NCBI RefSeq assembly: GCF_964355755.1
Contig: NC_092670.1
Span: 24,104,795-24,168,794 of the forward strand
Source: Antedon mediterranea
Lineage: Eukaryota; Animalia; Echinodermata
Direction: 5' to 3'
DNA length: 64,000 nt
The translations under genes and the position numbers were made by a program. Below are positions 33,259 through 46,650 of this stretch, in pieces. Positions within the stretch are counted from its first letter, which is position 1, and each line of letters starts with the position of its first letter. Below the pieces are notes generated by a model. The model was given only the letters and a program-made list of their open reading frames with translations, did no database searches and was not told the origin of the DNA.

Positions 33259-35060
33259 AATAAATAAATGACAATTGAAAACAAAAATTCAGACCAGATG
33301 GAGATCTAAAGATGGCCAAGCAGGCATTAGCACTTCTGTCCCTTTTTTTCCATTTTAGAAAATGACTTTACAGCTAATTTATTTGTGCACTGATTGATGA
33401 TATTGTAGTCAATTTTGCTACAAGTTTGCTAGCCTTATTTTTTTTTTCTATGTGGTATCCATGGACCTACCCTACCACTCGTCCTCCCTCTCATCATCAA
33501 TGCACATGTTAAGTAAAATGCTACTTAAGTTTCCTAGGCTGAACTTTTGCTGTCCTTTTCATGTTAACTTGTCGATGGTTATAAAGATACACATTTGTTT
33601 TAATCCTTATTTGGTTATCCTCTAAAATTCTTTTATAAAAAACAAAATCTGCAGTTGCTTATTTAAACGTGCAAAAATCGTATAATATGATATAAGTACA
33701 AAAAAAAACTATTGAATCATGCATGAATTTTTTTGTAATGTATTGTATGCAAATAAGTATTTTGATAACAAATGTTTTAATTGTTCTGTTGTTTTTATTA
33801 TATTGTTGTTTTTATTATATCATTTAAAACATGGATTTTCCGTTTCATACCCATCTAAGCACAAGAAACTTGCCAAAATTACAGGAATGATAAACTATAT
33901 TTTATATAAACTCATTAAAGGCTTAGGGAATGAATTACAACCCTGGCACTTGGTCAGGATTGAACCCTGGACCTCGAGATTTGAAGCCAAGCACATTAAA
34001 CCATGAGATTATGTGATTCAAAAGGTTTTAGAAATCTCCGACCATGATAAAGCGCTTAAGCTATAATTTTTACTAATGTTTTATCAAATAACTACAATGT
34101 AAATTTAAATGTTTTAATTTATCTAAGCTGAAGAAGCTTTGAATATTTTATGGGGGTATTGTGAAGAATATAAATAAAGTTTTTATTGAAAATAATGTTT
34201 TGTGTACTTTATCTTTAAATTTGATTTGCTTCATAATATTTAAAACAAGACTTTTAGATCATGAAACAATTTGCACAAAATCTGTCATCACTTTCCGGTT
34301 GTTTGTGATAGAAACCATTGTTTTTCTAAACTAATATTTAGTTTAAATATAAATCGTTGTTTCAAAATACCACTCGTATAATATCAGAATCGCTACAACT
34401 AGTACTGTATTAGTAAAATCATCCTTTATTTCAAATTAAAAAAAAACATACAAACATTAATTGAAAACAAAAAGCGAATTTACTGGCAACGCCAAACAAC
34501 AGAGGGCCAAAGGTCACAATAATTTCAAAAGAAGGTTTTTCGTACGGGACATGCTGAAAAGTGTCTTAGACTTTTCCAACTTGCTATAAAACAGTTTTAT
34601 TAGGTAAATATTACATATTTGAAATATAAATACTTTGTTAAATTATTCAATTTTTTAAATTAGTCTCTTTAAGCTTCTGAACTAGTGATTTTGTAGACAT
34701 GATTGATTGAGTTTGTGTTCCTTCTCCAGAGCACCAGAATAGAGAGGGGGCCTAGCCTATTGTCAGTGGTAGGCTGCCTCGTTCCTCAATTACCATAAGA
34801 GATATCTTGGACGTTTGGTCCTTTTGTTGACATCAGTTTAGGACGGTCTCTGTTTTTTAAGTAATTAATAACTAGAGTACCTACTGCTCTCTAACATACA
34901 CTGTAGGCCTGCCTAGTATGATACACAAATTCAGAAGAAGCACACACATACTGTATGCCTAGCCTACATAATAAAATTATTGTATCTTCACAACTAATGC
35001 ATTTTTTATTTAATAAAATCTTGTAGGTACTGACATCTATCATAAACCATATTTATTAAA

Positions 35061-37685
35061 ATGTCGGGCATAGCAATAGCCCGTCTATCAGAGGAACGCA
35101 AAGCATGGAGGAAAGATCACCCATTTGTAAGTATTAAGTCTCCAAAATCAATGTCAAACTGGTTTTATTGAGGTATAAATTTAGACTTAAAAGTGCAATA
35201 CTGTACTGTATTTTCTTTATGATGTTAATTGGTTTATCAACACTATAAGTATACATCAAGGTTTGAGTGACCTTACTCGACCAGCTTATATTAACCTAAT
35301 ATTCCTGCCATCTTTTTCAGTTGCCAATGCGTGAGACATTAAATTAAAATTGTATATAGCAATGTTATTGGTAATAAGAGGGTTAACTCAAAATAATTGT
35401 GAAATATACACCCTCTATGTTAAATTTTTCGAAGAATTGAGTTGGCTTGTCCTGTACTAACATCAACCATAAAATACAAATAAACATAAGCCAAGGTTAA
35501 TTATGCTCACATTAATTAAATTAATTAAATAATGTGCAGCCCTAGACTATTTTTCTTTCAAAATAGGCAAGTTAATTTCAAAATAATGTTTTTTCGGAAT
35601 ATTTTTATGGATGCGTGATAAATAAATGAGGCATAAAAAATCAGCCCTCAAGCGTGAGAGTTGGCAGGTACGTATAACCTAATATTGAATTAATTTACAC
35701 CTGATATTTTTTAGGGATTTGTTGCTAAACCAATGAAAAATGCAGATGGAACATTAAACCTCATGACATGGGAATGTGGTAAGTTATTTCAATTTTGTAA
35801 CCATAATTTCTTTACAATCAAATTATATTAAAACTATTAATAAAACTAAAAATGTTATAATGATTTTTTATTACTTAATTTTTAAGTATCAATATTTTAC
35901 GAATATTCTATACATAACTATATAATATATAAATAATATATACTTACACTGATGAAGGGCTAGTGTTGCCCAAAATCTCTGCTAATATTTCTGGTTGTTT
36001 TGGTTTATCTTTTTGGTTTTTTTGTTTGTTTGGTATCTCCATTGAAATCCAGACACTGATACCACAACGTTTTAATTTTTCAGTAATTTGCCTTTGGATT
36101 TAAAAATATATAATATATAAATTTTATAAGTTGTATGTTTAATCATGAAATGTCAAATTCAAACTATGTTTAAAATGTTGTAACGTTGTTTTATGATTTC
36201 TTTTCTACAGCAATACCAGGAAAGAAAGGGGTAAGCAATCATATTCCTTTAAGTCCAATTAAAAATAAATTTGTCACTTCTTATTGTAATTGTAATGTTT
36301 TTCAAATAAAATGTTTACCTTTACAACTCAATACTATGTAAAATGTATTCTATTTTTGTTGTTATCAAAGTGATGTTTTTGATTTTTAGACGACATGGGA
36401 AGGTGGTCTTTATCAACTCAAGATTATTTTCAAAGATGACTATCCCACCACACCGCCCAAATGTATGTAAATTAAGGGACCATCTCAACATTATTCTACT
36501 GAAATTACTGCTTTTTTTTCCACTGCAACAAAAATACTATTTTTTTTTCAATATAGACTGTAATAAAGTGTATAATGTTACATATAAAGGCTAAATTTAT
36601 TGCGTAAGCCTGACAGGGTATCTAATGATCAGCTTTGGCTGGATGAACCACCCTTGTTAAATATTGTAAATGTAATTGTAAGGTCTAAATAGCCTCAGGT
36701 TTTTATATACCCACAGTTTAGAATTAATGCTGTATTTTTAACATGTCAATATTTCATTTAGGTAAGTTCGATCCACCTCTGTTTCACCCTAATGTCTATC
36801 CATCAGGGACAGTATGTCTGTCTCTGCTTGATGAAGATAAAGATTGGAGACCAGCTGTAACAATTAAGCAGGTAAACTTACTTCTCGGATAAAGACTATA
36901 GGTCCAATGTACATATATAGCTCATGTGCACTTTAAAGAACACACATCCTTCGAGATGAGTAGGGGATACCCCGGTTTACTAGAGTACACACACAACCAC
37001 TGCCACTCACACCTAGGCACTGTGGGAGAACAGTAGTTTACTACTGAACAGGCTTTCCAGTATAAAGAATACAAGAAATAAATTGAACAGGACTGAAAAT
37101 GTATAAACATTTAAATAGTCAGTCAGAAAGTTTACCAATCTTTTTTTCTATTCCCTTTTCAAGATATTGTTAGGAATACAAGATCTTTTAAATGATCCTA
37201 ACATTAAGGATCCTGCACAGGCTGAAGCATACACAATTTACAGGTAAAGAGTTCATTGTGTTTAGCCCACTCAGTTCAACTACTCTAGGTGTAATATGTA
37301 TACAATAGAACCTCTATTAAGGGGACACCTTAGGAACTTAACAAAGTGTCTCTTTAACAGAGGCATCCCATGATTTGGGGGAGTGTTGAAATATATATTT
37401 CTCCTCGTATTCTTATGAGGTGTCCCCACAATGCATACCAATTTTTTTTTGCTTTTTTTAAATGTGAATTTTCTGTTGCGTTGAGCAAAGTATATTTACT
37501 TAATATTTCTTACATTAGGTAAATGCATAGATTTGTCACATTGCATAATGAGAAAATGTTATTATTGTGTGTTTATAAATGAAAAGAAGAATAACAGATA
37601 TTTATTTGTTTTTTTTAATTTTAGTCAAGACAGGAATGAGTACGATAAGAGAGTGAGACAACAGGCCAAAACATTCGCACCTTAA
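35061..37685 (+). CDS. UBE2I: SUMO-conjugating enzyme Ubc9. Exons 35061-35126, 35715-35778, 36211-36230, 36390-36462, 36762-36871, 37164-37243, 37625-37685 (157 aa)
   Basis: [28 protein letters not shown]...WECAIPGKKG...[16 protein letters not shown]...DPAQAEAY. Missed by the ORF track because the exons are short. Confidence 0.96.
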
Positions 37686-38439
37686 GCTCTGCAAACAGCA
37701 CATTTTGTCTTGGACAAGAAAGTGTATTTTTTATCTTGTGATGGAATCTTAATGGATTGTGAATGAATTTAGTGAAAAAAGGATTCAAACATTACCTTTT
37801 ATAAACAAATTATTCGTTTTTTGGAAATTGCCAGACAATCAAATTTAAATGTCAGTGACGAATTATGATCACACGCTGACAGCGTACAGGTGTGTTGAGC
37901 TGTACAAAAACAATGTATGAAAATGGTACATTCTTGGTGTTGGGAAGTGTGTATTTAACACATTAATATGTATTGTAGGCCCTTAAAGTCTCTGTGTGTA
38001 GTATCAGCCTAGTGTCAATTATTAACTACCTCTGCTATAGTATCACTATACAACTCCTTTCATGACCTAATCATTTGCTTTGTGTGTTACTTTGAACTTG
38101 TAAAGTTCAGAATGACAGCAAATCTCTGTATATAATAGTTGGTGTGGTATTTTGTATCTCTTGTTTTCACTCTCATCTACCCTAACCCCATCCCACTTCT
38201 GAATGTTGCCTTTTTGTACACATGAAAATGCTAAATTGTCTTTTAAACCAGCTATCTGTATATTAAACTACATAGAAATAGTAAGTTTTGTAGTTAAAAG
38301 AATGTTTTGGAAATCAAAATTGTTTGATGAATAGCAAAGGGCAGTATATTATGCTACTGTAGTTGGTAAACATGTTTATAGTTTCCATGGAAACATAATG
38401 GGGCAATTGTTTCAATCATGTTTAGTCTCCAGGTTTTTA

Positions 38440-38970
38440 CCAGGGAAGAAAGATTCACCCTTAGTTGTATGGAAGAGTAAAATTTACTCTTCTGTGTTTA
38501 CCAGTGAAGAAAGATTCACTCCTAGTTGTATGGAAGAGTAAAATTCACTCTTGTATGGGGGGGGGGGGGGGGGAGTAAAATTCACTCTTCTGTGTTTACT
38601 AGTGATAAAAGATTCACTCTTAGTTGTATGAAAGAGTGAAATTCACTCTTGTATGGGGGAGTAAAATTCAATCTTCTATTTTTACAGAAAGAAGAAAGAT
38701 TCACTCTTAGTTGTGGGCCTATTGAAGAGTGAGAATCACTCTTATGTGTATGGGAGTGTAAAATTCATTCTTCTGTTTTTACAGAAGATTCACTCTTGCA
38801 TGTATGAGAGTCATGAAAGAGCGATTCACTCTTGTATGAAAGAGTAAGATTCACTCTTCTGTTTTTTTAACCTGGTAATAGAAATTCAGAGAAAATTCAA
38901 TCTTCTGGTTTTTTTTTACCAGGGAAGATTCACTTTTACTCGCATCAGAGAATAAGATTCAATCTTTTTT
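38440..38970. repeat. Degenerate minisatellite built on AGAGT(A/G)AAATTCACTCT quasi-palindromes
   Basis: More than 15 recurrences of ATTCACTCT-like motifs, with an embedded poly-G run. Confidence 0.7.
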
Positions 38971-41177
38971 TTTAACCATCCAGCAAAGAAAAAACAAGCA
39001 TGATTTACTCGATTCTTGGTAACGCTAACAACTATACAAATGTAGAGTGCAAAAAACATAGGTCATTTTGTACCAATGAAAGTAATATATTTTTGTCAAA
39101 ATTGCTAGAGGTTGCAAAATATACGAAACGACACTCCATACCAAACACTGCTTAAACTACGCGTGATTTATGCAAATTTATCCTATGACGTTTTTCCACT
39201 GTTGTGACGTCATTTGACTAAGAATTATTCAAATTGCAAATTAAACTCAAATTGAAATTAATTCTTGATAGTAGTTTGCCAATATCGCATGTTACTAGGT
39301 ATTTTTTTTTATCGTAGGCCCTATACACATGTCTACTCGTAAAAAATGGGACGGGTTGTGAAAGAAATTTGTTTTATTGAGGTAATTAATGCGGGTGATG
39401 CTACAAGCATAGTATGTAGGCTCACCAAGTTATATAAACATGACTTACAAATGGTAATCTTCACTGAATATGAATACCGCATTCGTCCCGTCTTTTAGGT
39501 TTTACCAGAGAGTACCTGATATAATCAAATCAACTCAAAATGTCAAAAACGTTTCAAAAGTGTGTTTATGTTCTGAAATGTTCCTGATATTCACAATCTT
39601 TCTGAAATATGATGTACAGATTGTTCGAATTTTTATTTTATCATATTAGAAAACTATTTTATAAAGGTTAACACTTTAATCAAATAAACCCAAAACGCAT
39701 GTTGTATAATACATATTGTTTTTATTGGTCTTTTTTCAGTTATAATATTTAGTAGCTTAATTTATAGGCGATAATTAATTCAGTGTTTCAAAATATTAAA
39801 TTATGTCATTAAACAGTTCGTTAGATTTTCTGTAAAAAACGTAACAAAACATCTCTTTTCGTGAGGGATTACATTACATTGATTGTATATTCACCCCGTG
39901 GTTCCTCTCTCTTGATTTAATACTCTAAATTACTTTTTCAATATGAAGTTATATTCCGATCATGAGTTAATAAACTTTTGTAGAACACAAAACAATAAAA
40001 GCTGTCTAAAAATTCAGTAACTGACTTATTGAATATTACTACTAATAATCTCAGCTAATCGTAATATGCTATACTGTAGTTTTTTTTCGCGCCGTTTTAT
40101 AGGCAGTTGTATTCAAGAGGACGGAAGCATTAAGAAACTGTATAGTTTACTAAAAGCAGAACAATGGGAATTCGTAAACTCGGACTGGGCATGCGCAAAG
40201 CACGTCTGGAAGAAGATATGAGATGTATGCAGACAGTAGACCTATTCAATAAAGAATGTTCTCGCCGCTGGCTGTTTCTTAAATTATCAATAGTATATTA
40301 TTTTTTTTTAAAGCATAATTTATTGAAGAAAGACAAATAATTAACAATTAATTAACATTTAATATTTAATATATATTTAATGTAATATTCTTGTTTTAGA
40401 TATCTTGATTCTTTTTGTGAGAACCTTTTCTATCTATTGGTTCACTCTTCCCTCGGGTGTACACGACACTCGTTCTTGTCTTACCTTTACCACCAGTACA
40501 GTAATATTAGTTAATAACTCTGTACCACCATCGTTGGCGTTAAACTTAATCCGTTACTTATATAATATTAATAATAAACTCACTTTGCTTCAGAAGCTGG
40601 AGCCAGCAACTGCGATAACGGAATGTGGTATAGGTACACTGATTATTCGTCTCTAGGGCGCGCTTAAACCCAATTATGCGCTACAACAAACAAATAAAAA
40701 GGAAAAAACGAAATATGAATGCATAGAAAGAGAAATGTAGTGTGCGTCACGTAATACTGTTCTTGCGGCGTAGGCCTGCTACACGTGATCCGTGTATACT
40801 AGTACATTTTAAATTTTCTGCACAAAAAGAATAGGCATTTAACTATTAACTTTATGTTTGCCGACTCTATTAAAATATGTATATTTAATATTTAACAATT
40901 TGCAATAACCCCCCTCTCAAAAGATGCCTATTCGGAAACGCCATGTTCAAACGTCCCAGTGTTAAAATGTTCTTATATCCGCTACTGCATGGAAATGCTT
41001 TTGCGGTTAAACATGAATGAAAATCATAATACCGATACTAAAAAATTCCAGTAGTTAGATTAATTCAGTCCATTGGTTTAGTCTGTCAAAAGTAGTGTCT
41101 TAAAAAGTATTGCCACGTCTTACTTATTCAACCTTATAAATATTCATTGTTTCCCATCAACCCAACGCGCATGCCCG

Positions 41178-41185
41178 CCACGTCA
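41178..41185 (-). promoter_or_regulatory. UPRE (XBP1s/ATF6-type) element in the KDELR promoter
   Basis: CCACGTCA (TGACGTGG on the minus strand) lies 65 bp before the ATG, with a second GCCACGT at 41112. Confidence 0.55.
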
Positions 41186-41249
41186 ATATGTATCCATGCT
41201 GAAAGTGTGATTAGAGTGGCCTAGAGAAACAGACGACCAGGCAGACAAA

Positions 41250-44200
41250 ATGAATGTTTTTCGATTAATAGGCGATTTGTCCCATCTTTTGGCCATTATT
41301 ATTCTTTTAATTAAAATATGGAAAACGAGATCATGTTCTGGTAAGTATAATATATTTAATATTCAAGTAATTTAGCGTCTACTTTATGTGTACCGGCGAG
41401 TTGTGACAAAGTCAGTGGATTGTTGTTGTGCAGGGACCGCACGATAAAGGGTTGAAGTGCCACCAACGTGGCCCTGATTTTTGGCCTAATGCAAAATTAT
41501 TATAGGCTAGCCTAACTGTTACGTGCGACGTATTTGGACACTGTTTATATTTACTTATTGTAATATTTCTAAAACAAGCTTAGGGCCTAGACTGAGAGAA
41601 TACTTTTCTTCTAATGTGTTATTAAATATGGATACATTTTGATCAACAATTCGATCATCAATCATATTATAAATAATAATGATATATCATGGTCCGGAGT
41701 AAATTGAATAAATATTCATTAAGTCGTGTGTCTTTTTAGCAAAAGAATTATTTAGAAACAAAGATTTTTAATGGATGATTGTATTGTTAAATTGTCTGTA
41801 AAACGTATACTGTAATGACCTTCAGCTGATCCTAATTTCCCTAATTGCTAAGAAGGAAATGGTAAAATATTCTCATTGTTATAAAGATCAAATTGTTTTT
41901 CAGATGCCAGTTTATTAAACGCCGTGGCTAAAGATACGGTACCGTATTCTAACTTCTGTTTACTAAAGGTACAGTAAAATTGCATTACGTCATAATCAGC
42001 CAATGGGGTGCTGGTACGTTTGTGATGTCATCGTATAAGGACTTGGGATTTTTTTTCATATCGCGTCTGTTGTATATGTAGAGAATTCCTATCGGCGGCG
42101 CCAGGCTGCGTGGATGTGTGTGCGCTGCAGATGAGGGTTTTATTTTTATTCCAAATGGCCTATTTAGGCCTATATTTTTTATTAAACTTATGGTCACAAT
42201 GGTGACCATAAACAACAAGCAAATGCAGACAATAAAGGGGCCCTCAAATACTATGATTTAGACAGTAGCCACAGGGCTGACGAGTCACAGAAATCAGCGC
42301 ACACATGCAGCTGGCCCCAGCCTGGCATCGCTTTCCCTACACAAACAAACTCATATAATGACGTTATAGTACGTAGTAAGTAGGCCTGGGCCTCTTTTGA
42401 AACGGTTTTCTGTATTCTAGAATTAAAATCAACATGTTTTGGCTTTTCAATAATAATAACAGATGTAGGCTACATTTAGTTTTTGTCACACACAACGGCG
42501 ATAATAGCGATAAATAAAGCATAAAGAAAATGCGGTTGATCACTGTTTTCGCGATATGAACAAAATCCACAAAGTCCTTATACGATGACGTCACATGTAC
42601 CAGCACCCCATTGGCTGGTTATGACGTAATGCAATTTTACCGTACCTTTAGTAAACAGAAGTTAGAATACGGTACCGTATCTTAACCGACAGCGTTTATT
42701 AAATTTCAATTCTGGCATTTAAAAAACCTTCAGAGAAATATCCAGTATAATTGTATAGGGCCGGCCGTAGAAGATTTGTTTTAGCAGTAACTATTCCTCA
42801 TTAAAGACATTTGTTGATTAACCATTCATTATTAATGTTTTGCTTTTCTCAGGTATATCTGGAAAAAGTCAGATCCTGTTTGCACTTGTATTCACAACTA
42901 GATACTTAGATTTGGTTACAAATTTCATCTCTGTGTACAATACAACAATGAAAGTGTTCTACATTGCAGCTGCATATGCAACAGTTTACCTTGTGTACGT
43001 TAAATTTAAGGCAACGTACGACGGCAACCACGACTCTTTTAGGATGGAGTTCTTGGTTGTTCCTGTAGGAGGTTTGGCTGTACTTGTCAACCATGATTTT
43101 TCGCCACTTGAGGTTAGAAATTTACTATGTTTAATTGTTAAAAAACAATATACAGTAACAGAAATACAGAATAAAAATAAACCATACATAATTATTTCCG
43201 ACGAATTTTTATTAAATGAGGATAGTCTATTGTGTGCCAACATTTACCTGGATAAACCAACAATAGCCCTATCTCTCTAAGGAGAGAAGACATTTACTAA
43301 CAGAAGAAATTCAGTTAAATACCCATCGAATAATGATCATTGCTTTGTTTAATTTTCTTCTTTAATTACATTCCTGCATTCATTGTACAATATTTGCAGA
43401 ACCTGGCATTTGTATTTATTTTTTTGTTAGATTCTGTGGACTTTCTCGATCTACTTGGAGTCTGTAGCCATTTTACCGCAGCTGTTTATGATCAGCAAGA
43501 CAGGAGAAGCTGAAACCATCACCAGTCATTACCTGTTTGCTCTTGGTGCTTACCGTGCGTTCTACATCGTCAACTGGGTTTACAGATACTATTTTGAGGG
43601 ATTCTTTGATCTTATCGCCATTGTTGCTGGATGCGTACAAACAATACTCTACTGTGATTTCTTCTATTTGTACATTACTAAAGGTAAGCTGTGGGTATTA
43701 ATTTTTGTAGAACACATCCAGACCTAATAATGACTTATTACAGTATCGTAAATGAAGGCTTGGGTAGTTACACTTTTTTTTTACCCTTTGGGAAAAAAAT
43801 GAAAAGAAAAAAACCATATTCTCAGATGTTTTCGCATTCACCAGTGTGAATGCAGACTACGAGTGGTTTCAGACAAATTCTTTTGATTTGTTATTAGAGC
43901 TAATTCTTTCTTTCAATAAAAGCTTGCAAAATGTAATAATAATATAAGTTAGTGATATGAGGGTTAATAATCCTAATTGTTTAATAATTAACAACCTACC
44001 ACCAGTCGCTAATGCGGCCAGCTGTTGGAATCAAAATGTGAAATCACTGCTATAAATGATCTTTGTTAATTCAAGATACAGGGCATTATTTCCTACAGAG
44101 TTCTGTAAATCACACAAGTGTTTAATCTTAGCATACGTAACCAGTGTTTCACCCACCTCTAGGGTAGAGATTGGTTTATGAATGTGGATGTGACTCTTTT

Positions 44201-45324
44201 ATTTACCCAAAATAAACACATATACACATTATATAATGTATAATAATAAAACAAATAAGAATAATTGTACTATGGCAAATAAGCAATGTTTTCTTTTCAT
44301 TTGAATAAATATTTTAATCACACCATATGTTCTTAGAATCCATTGTAAATTACTCTACATTTTGGAGTAATTTGAGATATTGTACAATATTGAATGCACT
44401 AGTAAAGAGCTTGCAGCATCACCTCTCATGTTGTTGCGAGTCCGGCTGTAGTGCAATAATAATACTTGCTCAAAAGACATCTTGTAATCAATTAGTTACA
44501 AGTTTGATAGACAAGCAAGTTACAATTTACATTATGTTGACAAACCATACATACCTTTACCAGTGTGAATCTATAAAAATAATGTTGTGGAAATGATTTA
44601 TTAAAGAATACTATCTTTGGTTCAGAACTTTCAGGCACGTTTGCAATGATAAAAAGCATTAAAATATGAGTGTATTAGTAACTGGATAGTAGTACATAGT
44701 TAGTAACCTGTGTAGTAAAAAATAAATTGGTGTATTATATGTTACAAATGAACTATGACTTAATCTGTTGCACATCCTTGCTAGGATATTTCTGGCCTAG
44801 GCCTTTATATGGTATTAAATTAAGTGCACGTGGACTTAGCAATGGTACTAAACCACAAGGTGGATTTGATTGTGCTGGAGTACCTCAATCGTGACCAACA
44901 CAAAAGCATCACTCACTAACAATGGGACCTACCTTTGCCTATTGTACTTATTCAATGATTGTTATGATCCATACATTATTAGTTGTACAGTGATTAAGTC
45001 CTAGGCACCCTTACATAAAAATTACAATGCAAAAGATAGGACATTAGGTTACGTTCAGCACTTAAGTTTACACTGTTAGGCCCCTTTTACCCTCCCTCTT
45101 TTAAAATCTTAGATCCGCCATTAACAAAAATTGAAAATATAGATTTTCGTGTCCATAATGTGCACATCACATATTTTTGTCACATAAAGTTTGATAGTGT
45201 AGACAGAGCTATATCTGATATGCCCTCTAGTCTTCTTCTCTTTGGAAACGTTTTTTAAAATATTAATGTGTATAACTATTTCATTTCAGTTCTGAAGGGC
45301 AACAAACTTTCTTTACCTGCATAA
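41250..45324 (+). CDS. KDELR: ER lumen protein-retaining (KDEL) receptor. Exons 41250-41340, 42853-43112, 43431-43683, 45290-45324 (212 aa)
   Basis: [16 protein letters not shown]...[21 protein letters not shown]...[27 protein letters not shown]...[21 protein letters not shown]. Confidence 0.97.
41900..42722. mobile_element. Long-TIR MITE/foldback element in KDELR intron 1
   Basis: Inverted repeats of about 150 bp: AAGATACGGTACCGTATTCTAACTTCTGTTTACTAAAGGTAC...CATATCGCG and its reverse complement at 42550-42700. Exact ends are uncertain. Confidence 0.8.
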
Positions 45325-46387
45325 ATTAGCAACGTTACCTGTCAGCGCATCTCAGATGTCTTGTAAATGTTTAAGAAAAACTGTACGGAATTAGCATCAT
45401 AACAACCAATCACATCGTGTATGCTGGTGCGTCTCCTGGTTAACTTAATGATAATTTTGTTGTATTTGTCAAAAGCCTTGCCAATAGGTGGCGGTATAAC
45501 AATTTAAGTGTCTTCAAAATCATTCTTTTATTGGGTCTTTTAAAAATACTTTCTTTCCTCACATCAACGTTGGTAATAAATTTGTCACGGATAATGTGTG
45601 CGTTATTGCATTAAGTGTTTTAGGCTTTATCTCCTTCAGTAAAAACCAATGCAATACCTTACCTCCAATTAAATGCTTTTATTCCCTAGTTCTTTGTCAC
45701 TATTTCCATCCCATGATTTTGTTTTTATTGGGCCTATCATATATTGTAAAATACTGAAGTGCTGTTCTTCCTTTTAAAAGTTGATACGTTTTTTAATTAA
45801 TTAATTAATTAGTAAATTATTGCTTTGAAAACTGTACTTTCATTTGTTTCATATGTAATATTCAAATATTGTCAGTTCAGCCATCACATTAAATATAGCC
45901 TTATGAAAACAGTACAAGTTTATAAAAATGTCCATGGTTAAATTGTCATTATTGCCTGTGTATATGCGTCTAAAATTTCATAATATGAACTTGGTTATAA
46001 ATAGCAAAAAAACCCAATGTTGTAGAATATGGATGTTGTAAACAATGCTGTATTTGACCTGTGAAATTATATAGGCCAACTGTGCCACTCTCAAACTGAA
46101 TTGAAAGTTTTTTTTATTGTGCATGGCAATACAATAGAAATATATTTACGGAAACCGATTAGATTAATTTCTGTCTTCTACTATATAGATTACTTAATTA
46201 TAAGTTTTGTACAGTTTTGTGATTTTAACATGCAAAAAAAATATGTTTGTACAACAGTGCTTCTGTTTGTGCAAAGTGTAATATAAGTTATCGTTATATG
46301 AGTGTTAATTAATTAACGAGCCTGCTCGTCAGTCTTAATAAAGTATATTTTCCCCCCGGTACCACCAACACATAGGTTAGTTTGTAG

Positions 46388-46650
46388 CAGAGCCATATAG
46401 ACAATGTTGGGTCAGCTTTTTTGCACGGCGCTCGCTTGTTAAAACTGTTATTGTTGTTGTTATTTTATAACATATTAACAATAATTTTCCAAGACAGCTT
46501 TATTAATGAATGAATGTTTTTATTTATTTCTTAAATGTTGCATTCTCAGCTACGTTTCATTGTATTTCTGTTTACCGTCACATTCACTGCTAAAAATCAA
46601 GTATGCACCATGTAAAATGAGTTGTCCAGATTTGTCTATAAATGGCTCTG
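46388..46650. mobile_element. Small hAT/P-like MITE
   Basis: TIR CAGAGCCAT..ATAGACAA / TTGTCTATAAATGGCTCTG with imperfect 8-bp flanks GTTTGTAG / GCCTGTAG. Confidence 0.55.
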
